Origin: a virus
Lineage: Duplodnaviria > Caudoviricetes
Strand: one strand, 5' to 3'
DNA: 35,212 bases
Virus record (IMG/VR): IMGVR_UViG_3300044724_004608
Location: 1-35,212 of that record
Made by a program: the position numbers and the translations under genes. The notes beneath the pieces are model-generated. The model made no database searches. It worked only from the letters and a program-made list of their open reading frames with translations, and was not told the DNA's origin. Below, in pieces: positions 17,514-27,819 of this stretch. The number at the start of each line of letters is the position of its first letter. Position 1 is the stretch's first letter.

Positions 17514-18766
17514 TAGATATCCAATTTAAGTTTAAATGTATACTCTCTGTCTTCGGTTTTTCTTACTGGATTTGCGAGTTTTGCAATACCGATGAGACGC
17601 TTTTGGTCATCATATATGCCAATCTTAGAAATGTAAGTTTGTTTTTCGTACGATCCTGTTGAAACGTAATCTGAATGTTCTAGTTTTGTAAATTCTAAAT
17701 CTTTAAATTCCCTATATACCGAACCATCGTTAGAGGGATCTCTAGTTTGCGATTTGACAAACACTGTAGGATTCGTTGAGTTGTTGATCTCTCCTTTCGG
17801 TGCGTGGGCAAACATAGTTATCGTTGGGACGTAATTAACCCCTTCAAACGAGATTCTGAACATCACCTTGTTCAAGGTGCCTGCGGCAGGTCCCCCTGTC
17901 TCATTTGCACCTTCTGCAAAGTCTACCCAGCGAGGTTCGTTTGTTCCGGCATGAAAAGCATCAGTCTCTTCTGATAAGTCCCAACTGCCAGTCAACGAAA
18001 GAAATCCCTCGTTGTATAAGACAACTCCAGCAACCTTATTATTGTCGGTCGCTGCATTATACGTGCCAGAAACCTGTATCAGTTCTCCGTTCTTTTTTAT
18101 GTCTCTGCATTCTGCCGCTAAAGCACCTGTAATAAAAACCTGCAACACCACGGACCCTTTCTTGATGCTTGACCCATAAAAAATACTGGGGATCTCTACC
18201 AGTGACATCTCTTGAGTTCCCTTATTCCACTCCTTATTTACAAACTCATACTGATTGCTCATGTGTGCATATTCGTTGAAAGTATTTTTGAGAGAATTGA
18301 TAAATCTTTTGTTGCTAGTAAGTTTTGTGAAACTACCTGCAAATCTTTCGCTGCTATCTATTTCTATCAAATCTGCGTCAGTGTTCACAAATCTAACTCT
18401 TTTAATACTAGAAGTCAAGGGATAATCTCCCTTTATTACATCACCATATGCAAACTGAGAAGTAGTATCAAATTCAGATGTACTCACAGTTTTAAAAGCA
18501 ATGCGAGTGCCGTCCTTTGTTATGAACGGATAGATCGACTTGCCATCAGGTGGTGCACCTGTGCCTGTGTCTATCTGCCTGTCAACGTTTAGTTCATATA
18601 AAGAAATAAACCCTTGAGGTGCTCCATGAAGGTTTCCGAATTCCCCTTCAGAGTGCTTAACTCCATTGAAGTAAACTTTGGAGTCATATATCAGGAAGTC
18701 GCTCTTTGGAAAGGTCTTTATTTGATTGTAGAATAAATCGTTTTTTCCGAACTCTCTAAACGGCAT
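17513..18766 (-). CDS. Putative baseplate/tail structural protein (paralog of 18778-20016)
   Basis: IKKGS, GVVLYNEG and C-terminal YISKIGIYDDQKRLIGIAKLANPVRK...KLKLDI. Confidence 0.6.
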   Translation of the reverse strand: MPFREFGKNDLFYNQIKTFPKSDFLIYDSKVYFNGVKHSEGEFGNLHGAPQGFISLYELNVDRQIDTGTGAPPDGKSIYPFITKDGTRIAFKTVSTSEFDTTSQFAYGDVIKGDYPLTSSIKRVRFVNTDADLIEIDSSERFAGSFTKLTSNKRFINSLKNTFNEYAHMSNQYEFVNKEWNKGTQEMSLVEIPSIFYGSSIKKGSVVLQVFITGALAAECRDIKKNGELIQVSGTYNAATDNNKVAGVVLYNEGFLSLTGSWDLSEETDAFHAGTNEPRWVDFAEGANETGGPAAGTLNKVMFRISFEGVNYVPTITMFAHAPKGEINNSTNPTVFVKSQTRDPSNDGSVYREFKDLEFTKLEHSDYVSTGSYEKQTYISKIGIYDDQKRLIGIAKLANPVRKTEDREYTFKLKLDI

Positions 18767-18777
18767 AGGGCACCGCC

Positions 18778-20016
18778 TTAGTAATCAAGTCTTACTCTTA
18801 GCGTAAGTTCATTTGTCGGATCTTTTCTAAGTGGTTCGGATAGTTTTGCTGTTGCCATTAACTCGTTATCTGGTGAATACAACCCTATCGAAGTAACATA
18901 TGAGATAGGCATGTCACTAGGGACATCCTTGACTCTAATCTTTGAATCTGCAAGATAGGTCGGATTGGCACTATAGTTGAACTCGTTGTGATTTGCTCTA
19001 CAGAAGTAAACAGTTGAATTAAGTTCTGTCGTATTGTTGAAAGAGATGTCACTTATCCTTCTTCTGATGTTATTTGCAACGTGCTCAATCTTAGAACCTG
19101 TCAACATCTGGTCAATGCTCGCACTCACAGTTCCATGGTCTGCAATCAACCCAACGCCATGACCACCATCAATACTCATAGAGACTGCTTGCTCTAACAG
19201 ACCTCTGTTATCATTTGATCCGGTGGCAGCACCATTGAAAATAGAAGCAGTCAAAACACAAACACCTGCTTGATAAAAAATCAGTCCAACCTTGTCAGAC
19301 AAAAGTGAACCACTATGTCCGTGGTTGATACTCTGCCCTCCTGCAGGTGTAGTGTGGGATGCGGAAAGAATGCCATACTCACCGGCGGGCGAGTTAATTC
19401 TAAAATCATTCTGCGCATTCGTGTCGCCGATTGTAAGAATGTGGTGAGTATCGCCTCCGGCAGCGCCTCGTAATCCTCGACCACTCTTAAAGACTGGTTC
19501 TGTACCAAACTTGATTTGAAAACTACCCTTCTTGATCTCATCCTTAACAAGGAGTCTGGAAAAGTTCAAGAAGATAACTTCGTCCATCTTGCCATCATTA
19601 TCATCGGATAGGTTCCCATCGCGGTCAAATCTCTGAATCTTTCCGTCCTTGTCATGACCCATAAGGACTTGTGCCATCTGATTATACATAGCAATCTTCT
19701 TTTCTTGTTGCTTAAAGTTGGTGTTCGATGATGCATCAGATACGTTACCAGACAAGGCACTTCCTGTTGAATATCCAATAGAAATATCAAAGATATGGTT
19801 TGCAGAAGAACTTAAGTAGGGATAATCAAATACTGACTGAAACATTCCATGCGAGTAATTCTTGATATTATATTCTGACGGTGTTTTGCCGCCGTTGTGG
19901 TCACCTTGGTCATACGTACCAGAAACAATAGCGCCTGTAATTGGAATTGCTTCATGTAGTAATGTTTTTGTTGTTGTTACGTCGTTGTTTAGAAATGTCT
20001 TAAATGTTGTTGCCAT
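18778..20016 (-). CDS. Putative baseplate/tail structural protein
   Basis: IKKGS, GLIFYQAG and C-terminal YVTSIGLYSPDNELMATAKLSEPLRK...RVRLDY. Confidence 0.6.
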   Translation of the reverse strand: MATTFKTFLNNDVTTTKTLLHEAIPITGAIVSGTYDQGDHNGGKTPSEYNIKNYSHGMFQSVFDYPYLSSSANHIFDISIGYSTGSALSGNVSDASSNTNFKQQEKKIAMYNQMAQVLMGHDKDGKIQRFDRDGNLSDDNDGKMDEVIFLNFSRLLVKDEIKKGSFQIKFGTEPVFKSGRGLRGAAGGDTHHILTIGDTNAQNDFRINSPAGEYGILSASHTTPAGGQSINHGHSGSLLSDKVGLIFYQAGVCVLTASIFNGAATGSNDNRGLLEQAVSMSIDGGHGVGLIADHGTVSASIDQMLTGSKIEHVANNIRRRISDISFNNTTELNSTVYFCRANHNEFNYSANPTYLADSKIRVKDVPSDMPISYVTSIGLYSPDNELMATAKLSEPLRKDPTNELTLRVRLDY

Positions 20017-20025
20017 GATTTATCC

Positions 20026-21027
20026 TTATGTAGTCTTCTTGATATATCTAACTGGAATATCGATTGAATATGCAGTCGTAGCAGATGTTAATCTAACTAT
20101 GGAGTCTATGATTTTAAAATTTTGAGTGTCCTCGAATCCGGTGATGTTGACACTAGTAAGTGTCGAACCCAACTTATCAAACAAGAAGTCTGAAGTCGTA
20201 AGGTTTATGCTTGGAGCAATCTTAAACTGAATTACTCTATCTCTCGGTCCTCTAATCTTATGCGCAGACAACCCTTCGCCATTGACGCGCTCATCCGTTC
20301 TGAGATCATCAAGAAAAGGAAGAACAATAGGTTCTGCAGTATCTGTTGTACCTTCGCTAACATAATAAGAAGCAATCTGGTCATCGTCAATAAAAGAAAC
20401 TGGTACTGGCGTACCACTCTTGTCGACAATAGCACCCAACCTGTAATCTGCCTCTATGATGAACTGTGTCTCTTGAAGTGTTGCTGGCATTCTTACCTTT
20501 GGTGAAATCTCGGTAGTGTCCAGTCCTCTTTCTACAGCAATGAAGTTTGACGAGTCAGCAATTGCGGTTTGGGTGCTACCTTTTATGATACCGTTTTGCG
20601 TCGGGGTAGTTTCTGTGAGCACAGTATCAACTTCCGTTGCTTCATTACAAGTGATGATATATCCACCAGTCGTAGCGTTTAGTTTTGAGTTGATGACTGC
20701 GGACTGGCCTTCGCCGCCGGTGTTGCCGCCGTCGAGCAACTTTAATACTGGTAAGTGGAGAATATTAGTTCTTGTGATTGTAAGTAGTTTGCTTTTCATC
20801 GTAGAGGTGTTATTGGTAAGCGCCTCCATCAGCGGAGTTCTAAGAACTTCTAAATCGTAATATGCGGATCCACTTGGGTGGTTCTTGTTGAAAAGAGAGT
20901 AATCAATCTCGTCATCCCCAAGAGCAAACTTGGAAATTCTGAAATCTCCTCTCGCCATTCTGAACCGACCGGTATCGGTAAGAACTGCGTCTAATATAAT
21001 GTCACCGGAATTATCTAAAAATGCCAT
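20026..21027 (-). CDS. Putative baseplate/tail structural protein
   Basis: N-terminal LDAVLTDTGR...FRISKFALGDDEIDY; GAGGAG at 21037-21042. Confidence 0.6.
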   Translation of the reverse strand: MAFLDNSGDIILDAVLTDTGRFRMARGDFRISKFALGDDEIDYSLFNKNHPSGSAYYDLEVLRTPLMEALTNNTSTMKSKLLTITRTNILHLPVLKLLDGGNTGGEGQSAVINSKLNATTGGYIITCNEATEVDTVLTETTPTQNGIIKGSTQTAIADSSNFIAVERGLDTTEISPKVRMPATLQETQFIIEADYRLGAIVDKSGTPVPVSFIDDDQIASYYVSEGTTDTAEPIVLPFLDDLRTDERVNGEGLSAHKIRGPRDRVIQFKIAPSINLTTSDFLFDKLGSTLTSVNITGFEDTQNFKIIDSIVRLTSATTAYSIDIPVRYIKKTT

Positions 21028-21054
21028 GTACTAAAACTCCTCGAACTTCATCTG

Positions 21055-21061
21055 TAAATAG
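21055..21061 (-). promoter_or_regulatory. Putative CTATTTA box
   Basis: Intergenic ATCTATTTAC, 27 nt upstream of the ATG at 21027. Confidence 0.45.
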
Positions 21062-21064
21062 ATT

Positions 21065-24000
21065 TTAACATATTAAATTTACTTTTTTATTTTCTTCATT
21101 TTTTTGAACCTTAACGTTGAACCTAAAATTAACATCCACCTCTTTACCCGTGTTCTTACTTCTTATTCTCAACTTAAACTTTTTACCCCACAACTTACTA
21201 ACTTCGGGTTCTCCAAAAACAGCATCTGCACTTGCGTTAACCAAGTCCTGAAACTCTCCACTCACTGGTAACTGTAGTGTCTTTTGTGAGATGTTTGGTT
21301 TTATTGAAACAAATTGCCTTGCTTGTCTTGTTGATTGGCGCAGCATCTTTTTCTTATTTGCTATATCTTCAGGTTCTACAATCTTTACACCAAGTCTGAC
21401 CGATTCGTTGAATGTAATTAACTCAACTTCATATATGTGTGAAGGGTTCGAGACATGTCCGTGAACATCTTCTGTTCTAAAAATATAGTAATACTTTTTG
21501 TTTGGAGATATATTATCAACAAAAGAAAAGTTATCAGCATTAGTGATCTCTTTTCTCATCTTGTTGCCGCGAAAGTCCTGTATAGTTCTTGGATACGTGT
21601 CTATCCTAAAGATCTCAAAAGTGGAAGCAGGGTCATCACTCCTAAACCTTATCATCTCAGCGTCAGAAAGATCTCTCGCTAACGAAAAATTCAAACTAGC
21701 GACATCCTGATATGGTATATTTTGAACACTTTGAAGTCCCTGTGTTATTGCGACTGTGTAAAACTGTAAATTGTCATCGTCCTCCAAAAGTACCGGAGGT
21801 GCTAGATACTCTCCACAGTTTGCACTAAGATTAAAGAGCACCCTGTTTTGATCATTCTTAAACGGTATAATATCTACATTTGGATACAGAGGAGGTCTAT
21901 CTGCGACTGCAACTCTCTTGGTCGTAGATGGGACGCTCATAATCTGAAGAAATGGCATATTGACAACACCAACACCCTGTCTGTATATTGCAGTCTGAGA
22001 TCTCATTGTTTGTGGATCTTCCGCGATCCGTGCGGCGTCGATGTCTTCGAGATCTACGTTACCGGGGCGGGCATATGTGTACTTGTTGCCGACGATTGCC
22101 ACGACCCTATTGATCCTGTATTCATATATCTTTCCGTACTTTACTTGACTGTCGACGAATCTTTCCACTTCTCTGTCGTTATTTGAAAGCAAATGAAAAC
22201 TACTAATGTAGGTTGCCTCGTTTCTTCTGTCTATTTCATACTTGTCAATAATGAACCCCAACACCTCATTTTTAGCAGGCACTCCTGACATTATCTGCGC
22301 ATACGTTCTTGCTCTGGCATTCACAAATCTTGCTATCTTACCTTTTATCAGCAACATCCTAAAGATGTTGGCGAACTTTTCTGCTGGGGACATGCCTACA
22401 CCGGCGGTATAAAACTCGAAAGTTCTATCGAACCATTCCGAAAAATCTAGTGTTCTTTCATTTTCGATTGGTATAGTATCTGAAAATTCTATCTTTGTGT
22501 CTAAATTGGCGCGACCTTGATTTAATCCACTTTGAAGCAATTGATCAACGTAACTTGCAACCGGAGGAGACTCTATAATCCTAGTCGACCCCTGACCTGG
22601 TAATGCTCCTGGAATGAACTCTACTCTATCGGTATTTGGTATTAAAGATCCAAACAAACTTTTGACAAGTGTATTGTCATCATTAAGAGTCATCGCCTCG
22701 GCGAGTTGAGATTTTTCTATGCTGCCGAATTCCATCTCAACAAACATAGGGTTTAGGTATCTTCTTTCATATATCTCGTCTAGAGTTTCGGTGTTAAATC
22801 TACTGAGATATATGTTTGAATCTTGGTTATCAATATTAAAACCATAATATTCTGACATATATTTTGCAAGTTCTCGTTCTGCTTCTGGATTTCTATTTGA
22901 TGCTCCGCGAACTGCTTCTGCGAATGATTCCTGTGCTTCGATACCTGTTGCTTGATTTGGATTATAATCAGAAAAGAAATTTAACAGAAAGAACCCATCT
23001 GCAGCAGTTAATTTTTGAAACTGTTGCTCTTCAAAGTCTTCTATTCTAGGAACACTAAGACCTTGTGCTCTTCTGGAAGATGTCTCAAACCCAAAACCAG
23101 GTTGCCTGATATATGGAGATGGCAATTCCATCTCACTCAAAACACCAGAGAAGACCTTTTCATACAAGCAATCGTAATAAGAATATACTGGTCTTATATC
23201 AAAGTATGATTTGTTTCCTACCTGAAGGACGTCAGACTCTTCCTTTGACAAAAGGTCTGTTACGTTTGTCGTATAATCTATGTACACCTTTCTTCCTACA
23301 GTTGGCGGCAATGCTGAATATATTGGGTTCGTATCCTGACTTAATGAAAGGTTCTCTCCGTAATATGGAACGAACGGGAACGGATTGAGACTTGCCTTGG
23401 TGGTGCTGGATCCGTGCCTTATATAAACACCTCTCCACCCTGCCGATTCTGTTTGGTTGTTTGCATCCTCTCTGAGTCTTTGTATTGAGTCTTGTCCAGT
23501 GATTTGACTTACATTTTCTCTTGAAATATGCCCAAAGAAATAGTTCGCCCAGTTCCAACGTTCAGGACTGTTTAAGAACTTCTCTGCTTGAATTCTGTGC
23601 GTTTCATATCTTATGTCAATACCTAAACTATTTTTAGAATTAAGGTCTTGCTTTATATCATTTATGTTTGCCCAGTTGGGAGTAGATGCGGCGTTGCCAA
23701 CATAAGTGATAAACATTCTCTTGTGTTGGTCTTCATACAACAATCCCCACCCATCTTCGGTGGTAGTCTTATTAACAAAATACAAGTCAGGGGTCGAATA
23801 GTTTCTCCCGTGGTTAATCTTTGCTACAAGTTGAGTTACATACTCGGCCGGACCATCTGCCTGCTCTATGTTGATCCAAAGTCTGTCAGATGCCCATCTA
23901 ATCGGATCTATTTCGTAATTAGAATTATTGACACTTACTGGGGCACGAAGACCGTTGTTCCACCCGTTTCCAATACTCTGTGCAAGAAGTTGTTTTGGTT

Positions 24001-24427
24001 TAGAGAGAAACTTATCTTCACCACGGTCATTGGTAGTCAGTCCGAAGTCTAGCAATGAAGAGTTATTGATAATCCAAGTGCTTCGACCAGCAGATGTTGG
24101 TCCCTGATATACAGGAGTGAATGAAACATCGTTCTCTAACCCTTCGCCTAAGTCGCCTTGCAGTTGCCTGGCAACGCGGGCAGCAGCACCGGCAGCAACT
24201 TGCGAACTCATCTCGTCGGTGAGAGCACGAACTTCTGGATTTGATTCATCTCTAAGTGCCGAAGTATCTGGTTCCAGCATACCTTCGTTCAAATCTGACG
24301 CACTAGGTCCTAATGGATTTCGCCATCGATCAGCAAAACTTCCGCCTGTTTCCTGGTATTCTGGGTCTACTTCTTCTTCTACGATTTCCTCTTCAGGAAA
24401 CAGTTCGCACGGGTCTTTCTCTGCCAT
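21065..24427 (-). CDS. Large virion structural protein with fibronectin type III-like segments
   Basis: 1120 aa; FVDSQVKYGKIYEYRI and FVDNISPNKKYYYIFRTEDVHGHVSNPS resemble FN3 terminal strands. Confidence 0.6.
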   Translation of the reverse strand: MAEKDPCELFPEEEIVEEEVDPEYQETGGSFADRWRNPLGPSASDLNEGMLEPDTSALRDESNPEVRALTDEMSSQVAAGAAARVARQLQGDLGEGLENDVSFTPVYQGPTSAGRSTWIINNSSLLDFGLTTNDRGEDKFLSKPKQLLAQSIGNGWNNGLRAPVSVNNSNYEIDPIRWASDRLWINIEQADGPAEYVTQLVAKINHGRNYSTPDLYFVNKTTTEDGWGLLYEDQHKRMFITYVGNAASTPNWANINDIKQDLNSKNSLGIDIRYETHRIQAEKFLNSPERWNWANYFFGHISRENVSQITGQDSIQRLREDANNQTESAGWRGVYIRHGSSTTKASLNPFPFVPYYGENLSLSQDTNPIYSALPPTVGRKVYIDYTTNVTDLLSKEESDVLQVGNKSYFDIRPVYSYYDCLYEKVFSGVLSEMELPSPYIRQPGFGFETSSRRAQGLSVPRIEDFEEQQFQKLTAADGFFLLNFFSDYNPNQATGIEAQESFAEAVRGASNRNPEAERELAKYMSEYYGFNIDNQDSNIYLSRFNTETLDEIYERRYLNPMFVEMEFGSIEKSQLAEAMTLNDDNTLVKSLFGSLIPNTDRVEFIPGALPGQGSTRIIESPPVASYVDQLLQSGLNQGRANLDTKIEFSDTIPIENERTLDFSEWFDRTFEFYTAGVGMSPAEKFANIFRMLLIKGKIARFVNARARTYAQIMSGVPAKNEVLGFIIDKYEIDRRNEATYISSFHLLSNNDREVERFVDSQVKYGKIYEYRINRVVAIVGNKYTYARPGNVDLEDIDAARIAEDPQTMRSQTAIYRQGVGVVNMPFLQIMSVPSTTKRVAVADRPPLYPNVDIIPFKNDQNRVLFNLSANCGEYLAPPVLLEDDDNLQFYTVAITQGLQSVQNIPYQDVASLNFSLARDLSDAEMIRFRSDDPASTFEIFRIDTYPRTIQDFRGNKMRKEITNADNFSFVDNISPNKKYYYIFRTEDVHGHVSNPSHIYEVELITFNESVRLGVKIVEPEDIANKKKMLRQSTRQARQFVSIKPNISQKTLQLPVSGEFQDLVNASADAVFGEPEVSKLWGKKFKLRIRSKNTGKEVDVNFRFNVKVQKNEENKKVNLIC

Positions 24428-24462
24428 ATCCTAAATATCTCCTACTTTACATATTCTCATTA

Positions 24463-27400
24463 TTAATAACCCCCGAATCTTGGCACTGTAGTTGCTGGTC
24501 CTGGCGTTGTTCTCACTGCTGGAGCGGGCGTTCTCATCACTGGAGTGGTGGTAGGTGTGGATGCTCGTCGAAAAGTTGGTGTTGTTGTATTCTGATTAAG
24601 GTCCGCCGCTGTGGGTCCTAATAGGTTGCGATTTCTTTCTGCGAATGATGGTGGTGGCGGAGTGGGACTCCTGGATGAGTTAGTCCTGTCAATCTCAAAT
24701 GTTCCGTATGAAGGCGAAACCGTGGTCGCAGAACGTGTAGATGGCATTGGACCAGGTGACGGTACCTCTGGAACAGCAGACAACTCTGTGCTTAAAGCGT
24801 TTTCTGAAATGTAATCGATTGGTGTAAGTTCTATTTTATAACCATCAACAAGTTCTATGTTTTTTGCTTGTAGTGCGTTGAGTGGTGCGCCGGATGTAGT
24901 AAGAACACGAACTGATCTGTCGAATACACCGCCTGAAGGGAAATCATCAGAAGATATTTGAGGGGCAATGCCCTGGATCGTCACGCTTGGCGTGAGTGCT
25001 CGTAGTCGTCCCTCCCCTTGTGAATATCCATATTCTAGTATATCCTGTTCTCTTAAAAAGTCATACGTCAGATCAGTGATGCTAAATTCTTTCGGTGTAT
25101 TATCAGACAAACCGCACTCGTTTGAGTTATCTCTAAAATCTCTTTGTATAGGCGGTCTAGTGAGCGGTGCTGCCTTGCTTATGTTGTCTCCATATAAGAC
25201 AGAGTTATCTACTATTTCATCATTTAGAGACATCATAATTCTAAAGAATGATGATTGGGGGGCACCAGATGCTGCTCGTACATATGTTTGAGCGGCAGGA
25301 CCGTTACCAGATGCTTCCATCTTTTCCAACTCCACCACAAAAGTGTTAACTACTGCGATATTAACAAAATCGTCCGCTTTTAGAAATATATATTTTTTTC
25401 GGTCGATCCTGTCGCGCTTGAATTTGGATATGCCCGGTTTTTGTCTCTCAATACGGTCCTGGTCTTTCTTTTTTTCCATTTCGTCTTCGTTGAAGAATAT
25501 ACCATAATCTCCTATGTTTAACGATATTGGAGTTATTGTAGCAGGCGCGGTGTCCGGTATTGCATAAGTGTTCTGCTCTCTCAGAACTCTATCCGATAAA
25601 TCTTCTGGGGTCGTGGTTCTTGGTAGATTTATCGCAGGTCGAGCAAGACCATAATCAAAGTAAAGTCTTTTAGATGCTGGACTCATTACAATAAACGTGC
25701 TGATGTCTGTCCCAAGATCGTTAGAGTTAAACCACCTCTGAACCGTAAAACCATAATCTGCTTTTGCGGAATATCCTGCACCTTCGTTGCTTATAGAGTT
25801 TAAGTTGTCGACATCAAAGAAGTCTTCCATCTCCAACACTAAATCCTGGAACGATTTTATAAAAGAATCTATTGTTTCAGGTCTTGCATTGACGGGATCA
25901 ATCATGTTTCTCAAACTCTGCGTTGATGCTGCAGTGCCATCTTGCAAGTCTGACAGGGCGTCTAAAGATCTAAGTGCTAACAACGGTGACTGTAGCGTAT
26001 CATCAGTTTGAAGTAAACTTCCGCCCGATGATACCATAGTTATCGAAGATTTACCAGACGAGAGGAGGACTAATTCTCTAAATCTTGATACGTATTGATT
26101 GAAATTGTACTTTCCTCTGGCATATTCTTTAAACTTCCTAGTGAACGTATTTGTCTTCACGTCGTAGTTGCCGAGTTCTTGTGCAACTTCTGAGTATGAA
26201 GGCCCCTCTGACAATCCTATTGGGGCATTCTCTTCTGGTCTTGTGATGTAATAAGAGTTAAAAACTGGTATCTTTGATTCCTCTGCAAACAACTTCAATT
26301 CTTCCAGAGATCTTCTTGCTCTCTCCAAGCGTCCAATGAAATAGTCTTTGGTCGTATCAAGCAATTTTATCTCAACGCCATATTGGAAAACTGCATTACT
26401 TCCGTCATATTTCTCAATATCCATATCATTAACATAGAAAGACCTAGTTCGACTCGTTCTATCTTTCTGTCTTATGTATCCAACACCAACATCTTCTCTT
26501 TCTAGAACAGAGAATCCGTTTTGAGACTGTGATGATTTTATAACAACATGATCAGGTTCGACATCTGGCATGAACTTTACCCTTTTTGAGTTACCCAATC
26601 TATCCGTTCCTATTGGATCGCGAGTCATCCTTCTTCTTAAAATCTTTATCTCTAATATCTCAAGTAAGAAATCTATTGGCCAGTATGCATTCTCCCAATA
26701 AAGAGGTATAGAACTGATCATGTCATAATATCTTGAATTATTCTTGTAGATGTCTTTCAGGTTTATTGTAAAGTCTATGTTGGTGTTTCTCTCTTCGTAG
26801 TCATAATCAACAACTAACCCTTCCAGTCCAAAATAATCTTTATTTCTCTTTTCTATGAAAGATAGATTTGGTGATTTTGAGTTGAAGTATTCAAGTTGCG
26901 GTGGTTGATAGTTCACCTGTTTGGTTCTTTGAAATGACCTAAAGTCCTGGATCTTTGTTACCGGTACCTGAATCTCCCTGAGTCTTGGACCCATGTCATC
27001 GCCGCCATACCCCGCCATATATCCTACATAGTTGTCAGGTCCTGGGTTTGATGATCCATGGTAATGAACAGGACCGTAGTAAGGTGTTCCAGTCTGACGG
27101 TCTTTATATACGATTGCAGTAGACTTCACTTTTCCGTCTTGAGTTATGACATCATAAGTCAAGTCGCCCACCATATATCCAAGTTTTCTTGCAGTAGTAT
27201 CATCCAGTCCGTCTGAGGCAAGTCCTAACGAAGTAAAATCAAAAAAGGTGAAACACAAAATCGAGACATTATCACAATCACCCCAAGTGTTGTTATCAAA
27301 CCTAAAGGCGTGAGAGTAAGGAATAACATTGATGACATTGTTGTCGATGTCGTACTGTTGGTATATAGTATTTCTGAGTTCGAACCCTAACTCCGCAGGG

Positions 27401-27819
27401 CGAGCATCGTTGAACTTTACCTTTACCTGTCCGCCTCTTTGAATGTATCGTAAACCTAGCACATTTAGTGCTGTTCGAAAGTCCATCGACGTAGTTATCT
27501 CTTGTGCCTGCGACAAAGACAGCACATCTCTAGCAAAATTTTGACCAGTCTCCGCATCGCCGAAAGCAAATATCGCCACCTTAAGTGCAGACAAAATTTC
27601 ATCCTGCGTTGATGTGCCACCTTCTGAGTTTTGTGTTATGACGCCGATGCCGTTTTCGTCCAATACATCTTTAATCTGATAGTCGATAGTGATTGATGTT
27701 TCAGATTCTTTTGGCGAGAAGTTATTAACATCTTCTATTGTTATTCTTCTGGTGTATATCTTCGGCAAGAACTGTCCTACAATGGCATTTGTGCTTTCGT
27801 ATCTTGACATTAGTCGCAA
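24463..27819 (-). CDS. Large hypothetical (probably virion) protein with Pro/Thr-rich tail
   Basis: 1118 aa; YYGPVHYH...YMAG motif; C-terminal PTPPPP...TPTTTP low-complexity region. Confidence 0.7.
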   Translation of the reverse strand: MRLMSRYESTNAIVGQFLPKIYTRRITIEDVNNFSPKESETSITIDYQIKDVLDENGIGVITQNSEGGTSTQDEILSALKVAIFAFGDAETGQNFARDVLSLSQAQEITTSMDFRTALNVLGLRYIQRGGQVKVKFNDARPAELGFELRNTIYQQYDIDNNVINVIPYSHAFRFDNNTWGDCDNVSILCFTFFDFTSLGLASDGLDDTTARKLGYMVGDLTYDVITQDGKVKSTAIVYKDRQTGTPYYGPVHYHGSSNPGPDNYVGYMAGYGGDDMGPRLREIQVPVTKIQDFRSFQRTKQVNYQPPQLEYFNSKSPNLSFIEKRNKDYFGLEGLVVDYDYEERNTNIDFTINLKDIYKNNSRYYDMISSIPLYWENAYWPIDFLLEILEIKILRRRMTRDPIGTDRLGNSKRVKFMPDVEPDHVVIKSSQSQNGFSVLEREDVGVGYIRQKDRTSRTRSFYVNDMDIEKYDGSNAVFQYGVEIKLLDTTKDYFIGRLERARRSLEELKLFAEESKIPVFNSYYITRPEENAPIGLSEGPSYSEVAQELGNYDVKTNTFTRKFKEYARGKYNFNQYVSRFRELVLLSSGKSSITMVSSGGSLLQTDDTLQSPLLALRSLDALSDLQDGTAASTQSLRNMIDPVNARPETIDSFIKSFQDLVLEMEDFFDVDNLNSISNEGAGYSAKADYGFTVQRWFNSNDLGTDISTFIVMSPASKRLYFDYGLARPAINLPRTTTPEDLSDRVLREQNTYAIPDTAPATITPISLNIGDYGIFFNEDEMEKKKDQDRIERQKPGISKFKRDRIDRKKYIFLKADDFVNIAVVNTFVVELEKMEASGNGPAAQTYVRAASGAPQSSFFRIMMSLNDEIVDNSVLYGDNISKAAPLTRPPIQRDFRDNSNECGLSDNTPKEFSITDLTYDFLREQDILEYGYSQGEGRLRALTPSVTIQGIAPQISSDDFPSGGVFDRSVRVLTTSGAPLNALQAKNIELVDGYKIELTPIDYISENALSTELSAVPEVPSPGPMPSTRSATTVSPSYGTFEIDRTNSSRSPTPPPPSFAERNRNLLGPTAADLNQNTTTPTFRRASTPTTTPVMRTPAPAVRTTPGPATTVPRFGGY

